The notes below the pieces were generated by a model, which ran no database searches, was not told the DNA's origin, and worked only from the letters and a program-made list of their open reading frames with translations. A stretch of DNA of 63,090 bases, filler included. It is 4 parts of 4 records of this genome, joined end to end, with 100 filler letters (N's around TTAATTAATTAA, not from the genome) between each part and the next. Parts side by side here need not be neighbours in the genome. Positions count along the whole stretch, not along the records: positions 18,077 to 46,460 come from SRR20825019_2158; 3 more parts are not named here. The stretch is one strand, 5' to 3'. Positions 28,436 to 39,775 of the stretch are shown in pieces (the stretch's first letter is position 1; the number at the start of each line of letters is the position of its first letter). The translations under genes were made by a program, and so were the position numbers.

Positions 28436-28642
28436 ATGGATGTGAAGAAATGGTATCTCTCCAAGACTGTGTGGGGCGCTCTTCTGGCGGTCGCCGCGCC
28501 GCTGCTACAACTTGCCGGAATTTATATAGATGAAGGCACTCAGGGTGAACTGGCGGCTTCGATCACCACAATCGCGGGTGCTACAGGCGGGTTGCTCGCG
28601 CTGTTTGGCCGGATTTCCGCTAAGTCGTCCTTGACCCGCTAG
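28436..28642 (+). CDS. Small 2-TM holin-like protein
   Basis: MDVKKWYLSKTVWG, two hydrophobic helices, basic C-terminus; RBS AAGGA. Confidence 0.6.
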   Translation: MDVKKWYLSKTVWGALLAVAAPLLQLAGIYIDEGTQGELAASITTIAGATGGLLALFGRISAKSSLTR

Positions 28643-28825
28643 AACGAAATCTCGTTGATGACAAATGGCTGACCGGGGCCTGAGGTTCCGGTCGGGGCGT
28701 CTATCTTAGGTTTTGCTAAAATTCAGATTGCAAGTGTCCTGACGGGGCTATTCATTTGCAGTTCAGCCACGTATCTTTATGAGGACTTGTGAATGAAATG
28801 CAGGGATTGCGAAGAAGACGTTCTG

Positions 28826-29068
28826 ATGTCGTTGAAACCCATATATATCCTGGTATTGACTAGCCTGTTGCTGGGCGCGAACGGTGAAGCGGCCGACGCG
28901 GCCAACTGCGCTTCTGCGGCGCGCCAGGTCCAATCCAGCACGGGCGGCGATCTGCTTTCCGCTCTGCCTGCGCCGGACGATCCGAATATGTGTATGGTAA
29001 CGGTTATCGTACCGGCGAGCGACGGCAACCCACCCCGCAAGATTACCCGCCGCGTACCGGCTAGCTGA
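28826..29068 (+). CDS. feuN: Small periplasmic modulator of FeuPQ
   Basis: Signal peptide, two Cys, TGGDLLSA and PRK motifs; directly upstream of feuP. Confidence 0.65.
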   Translation: MSLKPIYILVLTSLLLGANGEAADAANCASAARQVQSSTGGDLLSALPAPDDPNMCMVTVIVPASDGNPPRKITRRVPAS

Positions 29069-29107
29069 TGTTTATCGGGCCGTTGCCTGCAAGAGCGGAT
29101 GACTGAC

Positions 29108-29770
29108 ATGCGAATTCTGCTGATAGAAGATGATGAGAACCTGAATCGCCAACTCGCCCAGATGTTGCGGGACTCAGACTATGTCGTTGACTGCGCCTAT
29201 GATGGCGAGGAAGGTCATTTTCTGGGCGATACCGAACCCTATGATGCCGTCATACTCGATATCGGACTGCCCCAGATGGATGGCGTGACCGTGCTGGACA
29301 AATGGCGGCAGGCCGGGCGCACAATGCCGGTTCTGATACTGACCGCGCGTGATCGATGGAGCGACAAGGTTGCCGGAATCGATGCTGGCGCCGATGACTA
29401 TGTTACCAAGCCGTTTCACATCGAAGAGGTGATGGCTCGGATCAGAGCGCTGATTCGCCGTGCCGCCGGCCATGCGACGGCAACCATCACCTGCGGTCCG
29501 ATCGAACTTGACGTCAAGGCCTCGAAGGCCACCGTTGACGGCGTGATATTGAGACTGACCTCGCACGAATACCGGCTGCTGTCCTACCTGATGCATCACC
29601 AGGGTGAAGTGGTCTCGCGGACAGAATTGACCGAACATCTTTACGATCAGGATTTCGATCGAGATTCCAATACGATCGAGGTTTTTGTCGGTCGACTGCG
29701 AAAAAAAATCGGGGCTGACTGGATCGAGACGGTTCGCGGCCTTGGTTACCGCATGCAGGCGCCGGGATGA
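29108..29770 (+). CDS. feuP: OmpR-family response regulator
   Basis: GEEGHFLGDTEPYDAVILD, ARDRWSDKVAG, DRDSNTIEVF; synteny with the ccm cluster. Confidence 0.85.
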   Translation: MRILLIEDDENLNRQLAQMLRDSDYVVDCAYDGEEGHFLGDTEPYDAVILDIGLPQMDGVTVLDKWRQAGRTMPVLILTARDRWSDKVAGIDAGADDYVTKPFHIEEVMARIRALIRRAAGHATATITCGPIELDVKASKATVDGVILRLTSHEYRLLSYLMHHQGEVVSRTELTEHLYDQDFDRDSNTIEVFVGRLRKKIGADWIETVRGLGYRMQAPG

Positions 29771-31146
29771 GGTTTGCGAATTCCCTCACCTTGCGTTCGC
29801 TGGCGTTGACGACCGGATGGTTTGCCATAGCGCTTCTGGTGATCGCGATCGTGATTTCAGCTCTTTATCGCAACGCCGCAGAGCGCGGTTTCCGTCAGCT
29901 TCTGCAAGCCGAAATGTTCAACGTGATCAATTCGGTATCGATTGACGACAAAGGCGACCTCAAGGGATCTCCACAACTTGGAAACCTGAATTATCAGCAG
30001 CCTCAGACCGGATGGTACTGGGTCGTAGATCCCCTTTATGATAAATCGAAACAGCCGCTGCAATCGCCGTCCCTCGGAGAGCAGAACCTGCCGGTCACCC
30101 CGGAAAGCGAAGTGCCCTATGACGGCAATTATCGCCGGACCTATATCGTGCGAGACGACAACCGCAATGAGCTGGCGGTGATCGAAACCGTGGTTGTGAT
30201 GGACGAGAATGACCGTGCAACCCGGATTCGGGTGTCCGGCAATCGCGATGCCGTTGACAATGATGTGCGCTGGTTTTCACGACGGCTTTATCTCGCGCTT
30301 GCGCTTTTCGGCATCGCTAGCATCCTCCTGAATGGTCTCGTCATCTTGTGGGCTCTTCGTCCCCTCGATCGCGCGCGTGTCGCATTGCGCCAGATTGCCG
30401 ACCAGGGTGAGGGAGAAATGCGCGGGCGGTTTCCGGTGGAAATTCAACCGCTCGCCGATGAGATCAACGCGTTGCTTTCCAACAACAGGGCCATTGTGGA
30501 GCGGGCGCGGGTGCAGGTTGGAAATCTTGCGCACTCGCTGAAGACGCCGATTGCGGTACTTCTGAACGAGGCTCAGGGCATGGAAGAGAAGGAAGGAAAA
30601 CTAGTCGCTTCCCAGGTGGCGATGATGCAGGCCCAGGTGCAGGCCTATCTGAACAGGGCCCGCATTGCGGCTCAGACGGAATCGGTTCTGACCCGCTGCG
30701 AGGTGGAGCCGGTGCTTGAGCGGCTTGTGCGGGTGATGCGCCGCCTGAACCCGGAGAAGACGTTCGTTCTCTCTTGCGAGACGGGTCTTCTTCTGGCGAC
30801 TGAGCAGCATGATCTTGAGGAGGTTGTCGGCAATCTCCTGGAAAATGCCGCACGGTTTGCCAACAGCGAGGTGCGGGTCAGCGTCCGAAGGCAAGCGGAT
30901 GCCGCACCGCCCGGAGAGTGGGCAGAGATCATCGTGCAGGATGACGGACCCGGCCTGAAACCTGATGAAATACAAAGAGCGATGAAGCGTGGCCATAGGC
31001 TGGATGAAAGCGGCTCCGGTTCGGGCCTGGGTCTATCGATCGTTGACGATATCGTGCAGGCTTATGGCGGGCGTTTCGAATTGACCGGACTTGAACAGGC
31101 AGGGCTGCACGCGCGCGTTATTCTCCCAGCCAAGCAAAGGAAATAG
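29767..31146 (+). CDS. feuQ: Sensor histidine kinase
   Basis: 2 TM, GNLAHSLKTP H-box, N/G boxes (GNLLENA, DDGPG, GSGLGL). Confidence 0.85.
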   Translation: MRFANSLTLRSLALTTGWFAIALLVIAIVISALYRNAAERGFRQLLQAEMFNVINSVSIDDKGDLKGSPQLGNLNYQQPQTGWYWVVDPLYDKSKQPLQSPSLGEQNLPVTPESEVPYDGNYRRTYIVRDDNRNELAVIETVVVMDENDRATRIRVSGNRDAVDNDVRWFSRRLYLALALFGIASILLNGLVILWALRPLDRARVALRQIADQGEGEMRGRFPVEIQPLADEINALLSNNRAIVERARVQVGNLAHSLKTPIAVLLNEAQGMEEKEGKLVASQVAMMQAQVQAYLNRARIAAQTESVLTRCEVEPVLERLVRVMRRLNPEKTFVLSCETGLLLATEQHDLEEVVGNLLENAARFANSEVRVSVRRQADAAPPGEWAEIIVQDDGPGLKPDEIQRAMKRGHRLDESGSGSGLGLSIVDDIVQAYGGRFELTGLEQAGLHARVILPAKQRK

Positions 31147-31285
31147 TCGATCGCGAGGCCAAGTGCGAAATCTGGCCACATTCTGCCCTTAGCTGCAAGT
31201 TTGCCATATCGCCACGTAGTTTGGGAACCATTTGGGCGACCAAAGGCTTTCTTTAATGATGTATTGCAATACGACAGGAACTCTC

Positions 31286-31696
31286 GTGATACGGAATTGG
31301 CAATTGATTGCTGTCGTCCTAATGATCTCAGGCTGTTCCGCAACAGGCGGGGGTGGCTCGCCCATTTTTCACCAGCGTTTCTCGTCACAACCGGTGGCGC
31401 AGCCACCTGCGCTGAACGGCGGACTGGTTCGGCGGGCCGGGGTTTCATTGTCGTCTTTCGATCAGACCAAAGCACTTCAGGCAGAGCAGTACGCACTGGC
31501 CGCCGCACCGGCTGGTGAAGCGGTGAGCTGGCAGGGAGAGCAGGCACGCGGCAACGTTTCGGCTGCAAGTCCCTACCAGGTTGGCGATCAGAACTGCCGG
31601 CAATATACGCAACGCATTTTTACCAATGGCACCGAGTTCGTCGGTCGTGGCGCCGCCTGTCGCGAACCCGATGGCTCCTGGAGCCTGCTCGACTGA
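31286..31696 (+). CDS. Lipoprotein, 17-kDa surface-antigen-like
   Basis: Lipobox ISGC, CRQY and GAACREPDGSW; GTG start inferred. Confidence 0.75.
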   Translation: MIRNWQLIAVVLMISGCSATGGGGSPIFHQRFSSQPVAQPPALNGGLVRRAGVSLSSFDQTKALQAEQYALAAAPAGEAVSWQGEQARGNVSAASPYQVGDQNCRQYTQRIFTNGTEFVGRGAACREPDGSWSLLD

Positions 31697-31801
31697 ACTG
31701 CCCGCCACGCCGCAGCACCGGTCTGCGACGTTTTGAGGCAGGCTCACCGGTTGGAGTTTTGAACTGTTGGAATTTTTACGGTGGTGGCGTACGAAGATGG
31801 C

Positions 31802-32938
31802 ATGATGTTCGCACTCGCCGCTATTTTTTTGACACTGGCCGTGGCTTTTGCGGTTGCAGCTCCACTGTTTGGGCGGAATGCAACCGCCGTTGCGGCGGTC
31901 GCCGGGTCGAACTCAATTTACCGCGAGCAACTGCAGGAACTTGAGCGAGAAAAGCAAAACGGTCGTATCGATGACGAGGCCTATGCTTCGGCCCGAGCGG
32001 AAATCGGGCGCAGGCTGATCGCCTCGGAAGCTAAGTCTGCGGACCGATCCGTGGTTGGCCGGTCTATTGCACTGCGCTATCGATTAATTGCGGCATCAGT
32101 CGTGTTTGCTGCCTTGGCCGGGGCGGGGCTTGTCTATCCCTTTCTAGGCGCTCCCGGCGCGAAGGATTATCCCTTGTCCGCCCGTCTGAATGCAGAAAAC
32201 CCGGAGCTTGCCGTGCTTTTAGCGCAGGTCGAGAGGCACCTTGCGCAAAATCCCGATGATGACAGGGGATGGGATGTGATCGCGCCGGTATATTTGCGCG
32301 AGAACAGATTGCAGCGCGCCTATGAAGCCTACAGCAATGCAATACGGATTTCCGGTCCCAGTCCGGAGCGGCTTCAGGGGTTGGGCGAGACGCTTGTGGC
32401 GCTTGGCTCGGGTGTCGTGGACGATGAGGCCGTCGAGGTGTTCAGGCAGCTCGACGATGTGTCTCCGGGCAATATAAGAGCAGGGTATTATATCGCATTG
32501 GCGGCGGAGCAGGCGGGAGACTACGAGAACGCGCTCGACCTGTTCGTCGCTTTGCTTGGGAGAATGCCGGAAAACGCGGTCGGGCGCGATGTGGTTGCGC
32601 GGCATATCGCATTTAATCGCGACCAGTTGGGGCAGGTGAAAGAGCAGATACCCGGACCCGATCAGCAGGATATCGAAGCCGCGGCCTCGCTGTCGCCGCA
32701 ACAGCGCGCTGAAATGGTCGAGGGAATGGTGTCGGGGCTCGCAATGCGGCTTGAACGGGAGCCTGACGATATTGATGGCTGGATGCGTTTGATTCGCTCC
32801 TATGCGGTGCTGGGTCGCGAGGGCGATGCGACCTCGGCCCTGAATTCAGCGCTGGCTTTTTTCGGCGCGGAAAGCGCAGCCGGGGTGCAACTCGAGGCGC
32901 TGGCCGCGGAACTTGCGCTTTCTGGAGGAAAATCATGA
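31802..32938 (+). CDS. ccmI: Cytochrome c biogenesis protein CcmI/CycH
   Basis: [20 protein letters not shown]-like region, [13 protein letters not shown]. Confidence 0.9.
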   Translation: MMFALAAIFLTLAVAFAVAAPLFGRNATAVAAVAGSNSIYREQLQELEREKQNGRIDDEAYASARAEIGRRLIASEAKSADRSVVGRSIALRYRLIAASVVFAALAGAGLVYPFLGAPGAKDYPLSARLNAENPELAVLLAQVERHLAQNPDDDRGWDVIAPVYLRENRLQRAYEAYSNAIRISGPSPERLQGLGETLVALGSGVVDDEAVEVFRQLDDVSPGNIRAGYYIALAAEQAGDYENALDLFVALLGRMPENAVGRDVVARHIAFNRDQLGQVKEQIPGPDQQDIEAAASLSPQQRAEMVEGMVSGLAMRLEREPDDIDGWMRLIRSYAVLGREGDATSALNSALAFFGAESAAGVQLEALAAELALSGGKS

Positions 32939-33384
32939 CGCGCAAGCAGAAGAGGCTCGCCGTCATCGGCGGTGGGGTGGCTTTTATCACGATCGCGGTT
33001 CTGCTCGTGCTTTTTGCGTTGAGCCGCAGCGTCTCGTATTTTTTCATGCCCTCCGATTTTGCTACAAACCCGGTCGGACCCGATACGCGGATCAGGCTGG
33101 GAGGCCTCGTGGAAGACGGTTCGGTCCGTCGAGCGGAAGGGGCGGGTATGGCGTTTGCAGTCACCGACGGCAGCGCTTCGGTCGAGGTGCGCTACGGGGG
33201 GATTCTGCCCGACCTGTTCCGGGAAGGGCAGGGCGTGGTGACGGAGGGCCGGCTGGGCCCGGACGGCATTTTCCGCGCCGATACCGTTCTAGCCAAACAT
33301 GACGAGAACTACATGCCCAAGGAAGTTGCCGACCGGCTGAAAGCGGAAGGGGTCTGGGAAGGCGAGGAGGGCGCGAAACCGTGA
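32935..33384 (+). CDS. ccmE: Heme chaperone CcmE/CycJ
   Basis: [23 protein letters not shown]. Confidence 0.96.
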   Translation: MTRKQKRLAVIGGGVAFITIAVLLVLFALSRSVSYFFMPSDFATNPVGPDTRIRLGGLVEDGSVRRAEGAGMAFAVTDGSASVEVRYGGILPDLFREGQGVVTEGRLGPDGIFRADTVLAKHDENYMPKEVADRLKAEGVWEGEEGAKP

Positions 33385-35375
33385 TCGTTGAAATCGGACT
33401 TTATGCGCTGATCCTCGCTCTGGCGGTTGCAATTCTGACAGCAACGCTGCCCCTGCTGGGCGCGCGCACCCAGAACGCGGCCTTGATGGGCATTGCGCGC
33501 AGCGGCACGTTGAGCCTTTTCGCGCTGGTGGCATTGTCGTTTGCCATTCTGATCAGGAGCTACCTCCTCTCCGACTTTTCCGTGCGCAATGTCTGGGAAA
33601 ATTCTCATTCCCTGATGCCGCTGATTTACAAGTTCTCAGGCGTATGGGGCAATCACGAAGGCTCGATGTTGCTGTGGCTGCTGATCCTGACGTTTTTCAG
33701 CGCCCTGGTGGCGGCTTTCGGTCGCAACCTGCCGGCGGATTTGAGGGCCAACGTGCTTTCCATTCAGGCCCTTATTGCCACCGCTTTCATCCTTTTCATT
33801 CTTCTCACTTCCAATCCTTTCAGCCGTGTTTTCCCTGTTCCTGTCGAGGGGCGTGAACTCAACCCGATCCTGCAGGACATCGGTCTGGCCATTCATCCGC
33901 CGCTTCTTTATCTGGGGTATGTCGGCTTTTCGGTATGTTTCTCGTTCGCGGTCGCCGCACTCGTCAGCGGCCGGATCGATTCAGCCTGGGCTCTTTGGGT
34001 GCGGCCGTGGGCGCTGCTTGCCTGGCTTTTTCTGACCGCCGGTATCGCGATGGGGTCCTACTGGGCCTATTATGAACTTGGCTGGGGTGGATGGTGGTTT
34101 TGGGACCCGGTGGAAAACGCGTCCTTCATGCCGTGGTTGGCGGGCACCGCACTTCTCCATTCCGCTCTGGTCATGGAGAAGCGGGAAGCCCTGAAGATAT
34201 GGACGCTATTGCTGTCGATCCTGACGTTCTCGCTCTCTCTTCTGGGAACGTTTCTCGTTCGCTCCGGCGTCCTCACATCGGTGCATGCATTTGCGACGGA
34301 CCCGACCCGCGGCGTTTTCATTCTGGCCATACTCGTTGTCTTCATTGGCGGCGCTCTCGCGCTTTTTGCCCTGCGGGTGCCGCTTTTGAAGTCCGGAGGT
34401 CTGTTTTCGCCGATATCGCGGGAAGGCGCGCTGGTTTTCAACAATCTGATCTTGACGGTCGCTGCCGGTACCGTGCTGATAGGGACTCTATATCCACTCT
34501 TTCTGGAAACGCTGACTGGTGACAAGATCTCGGTCGGCCCTCCGTTCTTCAACCTGACCTTCGGGATATTGATGATCCCGCTGCTTCTTGCCGTTCCCTT
34601 CGGTCCGATGCTCTCGTGGAAAAGAGGTGATCTCAAGGCCGCCTCGGAGCGTCTTTTGGCTGCGGCGGTACTGGCATTGATCTGCGGGGCGGCTTTCGTG
34701 TACTTCCATGAAGGCGGCCCGGTTCTGGCCGTGCCCGGAATTGCGATTGCTTTCTGGCTTGTTTTCGGAGCGGTCGCGGATATCTGGACCCGCTCGGGTT
34801 TTCTCCGTCTGCCGTTTTCGAAGTCGTGGCCGCGTTTCAAGGGCTTGCCGCGGTCGGCCTTCGGTGCAGCGCTCGCGCATCTCGGTCTGGGGGTAAGCGT
34901 ACTGGGCATCCTCGCAGTTTCGCTTTACGAAACGGAGGTCGTGCTTGAAATGGCGCCTGGTTCCGAGGTCGAATTGAGCGGCTATTCCGTCGCCTTCGAT
35001 GGAATAGAGACTGTACGCGGTCCCAACTACACGGATGAACGGGGCAGCTTCGCTATCAGCGCGAACGGGACCGAAACCGGAATGGTGCATTCGGCAAAAC
35101 GGGTTTATTCGTCGAGCAATATGCCGACGACCGAGGCGGGTATCAGGACCTTCGGTTTCAGTCAGCTATATATATCACTTGGCGATCCGCGTGAGGACGG
35201 GGCCTGGGTCGTAAGAGTGTGGTGGAAGCCGTTCATTTTGTGCATCTGGCTTGGATGTGTGCTGATGACTGTCGGCGGGGGCGTGTCGCTTTCGGATCGA
35301 CGGTTACGGATCGGCGCTCCGGCGCTCAGCCGGAAACGTCCGCAGGTTGCGCAAACCGTGGGAGCAGCCGAATGA
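33381..35375 (+). CDS. ccmF: Heme lyase subunit CcmF/CycK
   Basis: [31 protein letters not shown]. Confidence 0.97.
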   Translation: MIVEIGLYALILALAVAILTATLPLLGARTQNAALMGIARSGTLSLFALVALSFAILIRSYLLSDFSVRNVWENSHSLMPLIYKFSGVWGNHEGSMLLWLLILTFFSALVAAFGRNLPADLRANVLSIQALIATAFILFILLTSNPFSRVFPVPVEGRELNPILQDIGLAIHPPLLYLGYVGFSVCFSFAVAALVSGRIDSAWALWVRPWALLAWLFLTAGIAMGSYWAYYELGWGGWWFWDPVENASFMPWLAGTALLHSALVMEKREALKIWTLLLSILTFSLSLLGTFLVRSGVLTSVHAFATDPTRGVFILAILVVFIGGALALFALRVPLLKSGGLFSPISREGALVFNNLILTVAAGTVLIGTLYPLFLETLTGDKISVGPPFFNLTFGILMIPLLLAVPFGPMLSWKRGDLKAASERLLAAAVLALICGAAFVYFHEGGPVLAVPGIAIAFWLVFGAVADIWTRSGFLRLPFSKSWPRFKGLPRSAFGAALAHLGLGVSVLGILAVSLYETEVVLEMAPGSEVELSGYSVAFDGIETVRGPNYTDERGSFAISANGTETGMVHSAKRVYSSSNMPTTEAGIRTFGFSQLYISLGDPREDGAWVVRVWWKPFILCIWLGCVLMTVGGGVSLSDRRLRIGAPALSRKRPQVAQTVGAAE

Positions 35376-35830
35376 TGCGGCTTGTGGTTTTGGTTGTGGC
35401 CATGCTGATACCGATGGCAGTTGCCGCCGTCGAGCCGGACGAGATGCTGAGCGATCCGGCCCTTGAAGGGCGGGCAAGAGACATATCCGCAGAGCTTCGC
35501 TGCATGGTCTGTCAGAATCAGTCAATTGACGATTCGAACGCCGATCTCGCGCGCGACCTGCGTCTTCTGGTCCGCGACAGGCTGACAGCCGGCGATAGTG
35601 ACGACGAGGTCATCGACTATGTCGTCTCGCGCTATGGCGAGTTTGTTTTGCTGAAGCCCCGATTTTCGCCGCAGAACTGGCTTCTCTGGGGCGCGCCGGC
35701 TCTCCTGATCGTATTGGGTGCAATCGGTTTGTGGCGGCTTGCAATCAGCCGTCGCGCAGCGGACAGGCCGCTCTCCCGGGACGAGGAGGCGCGGCTGCAG
35801 AAAATTCTGTCAGACGGAGAAGACCATTAA
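35372..35830 (+). CDS. ccmH: CcmH/CycL thiol-redox subunit
   Basis: [26 protein letters not shown]. Confidence 0.95.
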   Translation: MMRLVVLVVAMLIPMAVAAVEPDEMLSDPALEGRARDISAELRCMVCQNQSIDDSNADLARDLRLLVRDRLTAGDSDDEVIDYVVSRYGEFVLLKPRFSPQNWLLWGAPALLIVLGAIGLWRLAISRRAADRPLSRDEEARLQKILSDGEDH

Positions 35831-35936
35831 CAATCCGTCATCTCGCGGACAGCGTTTTGTAAGGTCCGGGCTTTTATAGTCACCTCTATTCGATATGGAA
35901 TCATTCAACCATCGACACTAGAGGAAAAGCAGACCT

Positions 35937-37475
35937 ATGTTCCAGCAGCCCACCGGACCAAACAAGTTCAGGTCACTCTTGAAAGCCTCGGCAGTTGCGG
36001 GCGTCGCAGCCGTGTTGTTTTCCGCCGGCGCTCCCCTGACGGTGACGGAAGCGCTTGCGGACCCCGTCCATGTTCAGGCTCCGGAAGTTCCGGGATTTGC
36101 CGATGTCGTCGAAGCGGTCTCTCCAGCGGTTGTTTCCGTGGTCGTTGAAAGCAACGTCCAGCCAGTTGCCCAGCAGGATGGCAGTTTCGGCTTCGGATTT
36201 GGTGGCCGCGGTTTCGACAATCTCCCTGATGACCACCCCCTCAAGCGGTTCTTCCAAGATTTCGGCGCACCGAACGAGCCCACCCCGCCGCCGCAGCCGC
36301 GCAAGGGCGGCCCGCGTCCGGTTGCTCAAGGGTCAGGCTTCTTCGTATCTGAAGACGGCTATCTCGTGACGAATAATCATGTTGTGCGGGAAGGCGATGC
36401 TTTCTCGGTGCGCATGGATGACGGCACAGAATACGACGCAAAGCTGATCGGCACTGATCCGCGCACCGACCTCGCCGTGCTCAAGGTCGACACCGATCGC
36501 GAGTTCACCTATGTGAAGTTCGCAGACGATCAGAACCTGCGCGTTGGCGACTGGGTCGTAGCCGTTGGCAATCCGTTTGGCCTTGGCGGCACGGTCACGT
36601 CGGGCATCGTTTCCGCGCTCGGCCGCGATATCGCTTCCGGTCCCTATGATGATTACATCCAGGTGGATGCCGCGGTGAACCACGGCAATTCCGGCGGCCC
36701 GACTTTTGACCTCAGTGGCGAAGTTGTCGGCGTCAATACCGCGATCTTCTCGCCGTCCGGCGGCAATGTCGGCATCGCATTCGCTATTCCCGCGCATCTG
36801 GCGCAGGATGTTGTCGCCGACCTCATCCAGGACGGTACTGTTGAGCGTGGCTGGCTCGGCGTACGCATTCAACCCGTTACTGACGATATCGCCGAATCGA
36901 TCGGGCTGGCGAAACCGGAAGGCGCGCTCGTCTCGGAGCCTACCAGCGACAGCCCCGGCGCAAAGGCCGGTCTGAAGCAGGGCGACGTCATCACCGCCGT
37001 GAATGGCGATGTGATTGAGGATGCGCGTTCGCTCTCTCGCATGATCGGCATGATGGAGCCGGGTGACGACGTCGAACTGTCGGTCTGGCGTGACGGAAAG
37101 TCCCAGACGATCGACGTCAAGCTCGGTGAATTCCCGAGTGACGATGAGCTGGCCGCCGCCGACGGCCTCGGTGGACCGATGGAAAGCTCGCTGATGAAGC
37201 AGCTTGGCATCGAGGTCCGTCCCGCCGACGATGGCAAGGGCGTGACGGTCACAGCCGTGGATCCCGAATCCGATGCGGCGACCAAGGGCCTGACGGCAGG
37301 GCAGAAGATCCTGAGCGTCAACAATCAGGAAGTCAGCACAGCCGGGGATATCCTGAAGCAGGTCAAGGATGCGGCCGATCAGGGCCGCAAGCAGGCGCTG
37401 TTCCAAGTCGAGACCGAAAATGGCAGCATGTTTACCGCGCTGCCGACGGAAACCGACGCCGAAGACGCCGGCTGA
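35937..37475 (+). CDS. degP: Do/DegP-family serine protease with two PDZ domains
   Basis: GSGF, TNNHV, DLAVLK, GNSGGP; signal peptide. Confidence 0.93.
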   Translation: MFQQPTGPNKFRSLLKASAVAGVAAVLFSAGAPLTVTEALADPVHVQAPEVPGFADVVEAVSPAVVSVVVESNVQPVAQQDGSFGFGFGGRGFDNLPDDHPLKRFFQDFGAPNEPTPPPQPRKGGPRPVAQGSGFFVSEDGYLVTNNHVVREGDAFSVRMDDGTEYDAKLIGTDPRTDLAVLKVDTDREFTYVKFADDQNLRVGDWVVAVGNPFGLGGTVTSGIVSALGRDIASGPYDDYIQVDAAVNHGNSGGPTFDLSGEVVGVNTAIFSPSGGNVGIAFAIPAHLAQDVVADLIQDGTVERGWLGVRIQPVTDDIAESIGLAKPEGALVSEPTSDSPGAKAGLKQGDVITAVNGDVIEDARSLSRMIGMMEPGDDVELSVWRDGKSQTIDVKLGEFPSDDELAAADGLGGPMESSLMKQLGIEVRPADDGKGVTVTAVDPESDAATKGLTAGQKILSVNNQEVSTAGDILKQVKDAADQGRKQALFQVETENGSMFTALPTETDAEDAG

Positions 37476-37609
37476 TCCTCTTTTAGTACCGGAGGAGGCG
37501 CATTGCTCAAGCATGCGCCTTTTCCGTTTTCAGGAGACGTCACATGTTTTCCAAAGAGCCGGTTGACCCTGCTTGTCACATTGAGGCCGATGGCGATATG
37601 GTCCCCGGC

Positions 37610-38287
37610 ATGCGTGTACTTGTCATCGAAGACGATCTGGAGGCAGCCGCCTATCTGACCAAAGCCTTTCGCGAGGCTGGCATTGCTTGTGAGCATGCCG
37701 GTGATGGCGATAGTGGTTTGTTTATGGCGAGCGAAAATGAATACGACGTTCTTGTCGTTGACCGTATGTTGCCCCGTCGCGATGGCTTATCGGTGATATC
37801 GGCGCTGAGGGCGCGCGGCATCAACACGCCGGTGCTTATACTCTCCGCGCTCGGTCAGGTCGATGACCGGGTTACCGGTCTACGGGCAGGGGGTGATGAC
37901 TACCTTCCCAAGCCCTATGCCTTCAGCGAACTTCTGGCCCGCGTCGAAGTGCTCGGCCGTCGCAAGGGCACGCCCGATCACGATGTGCTTTACAAGGTTG
38001 GGGATCTGGAGCTCGATCGGCTTTCGCATGAAGTGCGTCGCGCCGGTCGCGAGATCACGCTTCAGCCGCGCGAATATCGCCTGCTGGAATATCTGATGAA
38101 GAATGCCGGTCAGGTCGTCACCCGCACCATGCTTCTGGAAAACGTGTGGGACTATCACTTCGATCCGCAGACCAATGTGATCGATGTTCATGTTTCGCGT
38201 CTGCGCGCCAAGATCGAGAAGGATTTCGACAAACCGCTGCTGAAGACCATTCGTGGCTCCGGCTATATGATCAAGCATGATGCATAG
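37610..38287 (+). CDS. OmpR-family response regulator
   Basis: MRVLVIEDD, VDRMLP, DPQTNVIDVHVSRLR. Confidence 0.93.
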   Translation: MRVLVIEDDLEAAAYLTKAFREAGIACEHAGDGDSGLFMASENEYDVLVVDRMLPRRDGLSVISALRARGINTPVLILSALGQVDDRVTGLRAGGDDYLPKPYAFSELLARVEVLGRRKGTPDHDVLYKVGDLELDRLSHEVRRAGREITLQPREYRLLEYLMKNAGQVVTRTMLLENVWDYHFDPQTNVIDVHVSRLRAKIEKDFDKPLLKTIRGSGYMIKHDA

Positions 38288-38290
38288 CGG

Positions 38291-39715
38291 ATGAAGGAAC
38301 GGTTGAGGCTTCTTTTCAGGTCGACGGCGGTGCGCCTCTCCGCCGTCTACATTCTGCTGTTCGGGCTCTGCGCGGCGGTGATGGTGTTTTATGTAACAGC
38401 CGTCTCCGAAAGGCTGGTCGAACGGCAGATGAGGGATTCGCTGCACCGTGAGATCGCCCAGCTCGATGCCTCGTTTGAAAGCGGCGGCATTCGCCGGCTT
38501 TTCAACACGATCGAACGGCGCGCCCGCCAGCCCGGCGCCAACCTCTATGTCATCGCCAGTCCACAGGGCGAGATACTGGCAAGCAACGTCGCCTCCCTGC
38601 AGCCTGGCGTGCTCGAGCATTCGGGCTGGCTCGACACCCCCTTCCGCTATGAAGGCTTTGCCGAAAACAACAGCGGCGACCGGTACAGTCTGGCGATCGG
38701 TTATGTGATCGCGCTCGACAATGGCATGAAGCTCATGATCGGCCGCGATCTGGGCGATCCCGAACGGCTGCACATCGTCGTGAGGCAGGCTTTGCTTCTC
38801 GCGCTCATTATCATGGGCGTCGGGGCGCTGGTGATCTGGTTTGCCATTGGTCGCAATGCGCTGAAACGCATGGACAGGATGTCGGCGGCGAGCAGCAAGA
38901 TCATGGCCGGCGATCTATTGCAGCGCCTTCCGGTAACCGGCTCCGGTGACGAGTTCGACCGGCTCTCCAATTCGCTGAACCTCATGCTCGATCGCATCGT
39001 CCGCCTGAACGAGGGGCTGAGGCAGGTTTCCGACAACATTGCCCACGATCTCAAGACCCCGCTGACCCGCCTGCGCAACAAGGCGGCCGATGCCGCCGCC
39101 GCCGAGGATGCGGAGGAACGACGTGCATCGCTCGAAGGCATCATCGCCGAATCCGACCAGCTCATCCGCACATTCAATGCATTGCTGATGATCTCACGGG
39201 TCGAGGCAGGCGCCGTCGCAGCTGAGATGTCGCCGGTCAGCCTGTCTGCAATCGTTGAGGACAGCGCCGAACTTTACGGCCCGGTGGCTGAAGAGGCCGG
39301 AATGACGCTCGATATCGCAATCGAGCAGAATCTTTTGGTAAACGGCAACCGTGAACTCATCGGGCAGGCGATTTTCAACCTCCTCGACAATGCGATCAAA
39401 TACGCTTCGGCCTCGGAGAATGCGCCACGCATTTTCCTGTCGCTCAAACGCGAGGGGGCGGACGCCGTGTTCATGGTTGCCGACAACGGACCGGGTATTC
39501 CGCCAAATCACATGGAAGACGTCAAGCAGCGGTTTTTCCGCCTTGACGAAAGCCGCACAAAGCCGGGCACCGGTCTCGGCCTGTCCATGGTCGATGCGGT
39601 TACCGACATGCATGGCGGCACATTTCTGCTTGCCGAAGCCGGGCAATATGTTCCGGGCTATGGCGGCCTTGCCGCTATCCTTCGCTTTCCGCTCGCACTC
39701 AATCGTCCGCGTTGA
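38291..39715 (+). CDS. HAMP sensor histidine kinase
   Basis: 2 TM, IAHDLKTPL, NLLDNAIKY, DNGPG, GTGLGL. Confidence 0.93.
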   Translation: MKERLRLLFRSTAVRLSAVYILLFGLCAAVMVFYVTAVSERLVERQMRDSLHREIAQLDASFESGGIRRLFNTIERRARQPGANLYVIASPQGEILASNVASLQPGVLEHSGWLDTPFRYEGFAENNSGDRYSLAIGYVIALDNGMKLMIGRDLGDPERLHIVVRQALLLALIIMGVGALVIWFAIGRNALKRMDRMSAASSKIMAGDLLQRLPVTGSGDEFDRLSNSLNLMLDRIVRLNEGLRQVSDNIAHDLKTPLTRLRNKAADAAAAEDAEERRASLEGIIAESDQLIRTFNALLMISRVEAGAVAAEMSPVSLSAIVEDSAELYGPVAEEAGMTLDIAIEQNLLVNGNRELIGQAIFNLLDNAIKYASASENAPRIFLSLKREGADAVFMVADNGPGIPPNHMEDVKQRFFRLDESRTKPGTGLGLSMVDAVTDMHGGTFLLAEAGQYVPGYGGLAAILRFPLALNRPR

Positions 39716-39775
39716 GTGGCTTTTGCTTCCGCCCGGTCAATGCTAAGGCGGAGAAAAGAAGTTGCGGAGGAAGCT

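Larger units (their letters stand above)
18077..28642 (+). mobile_element. RcGTA-like gene transfer agent head-tail cluster (5' part cut off)
   Basis: Gene order protease, capsid, adaptor, closure, DUF3168, tail tube, chaperones, short tape measure, DUF2460, DUF2163, NlpC/P60, megatron; no integrase or replication genes in view; abuts core genes. Confidence 0.9.

Noticed and set aside
18077-28642. Active prophage
   Set aside because: Gene order, short tape measure and megatron match RcGTA, and the right flank runs straight into core genes with no att site or integrase.
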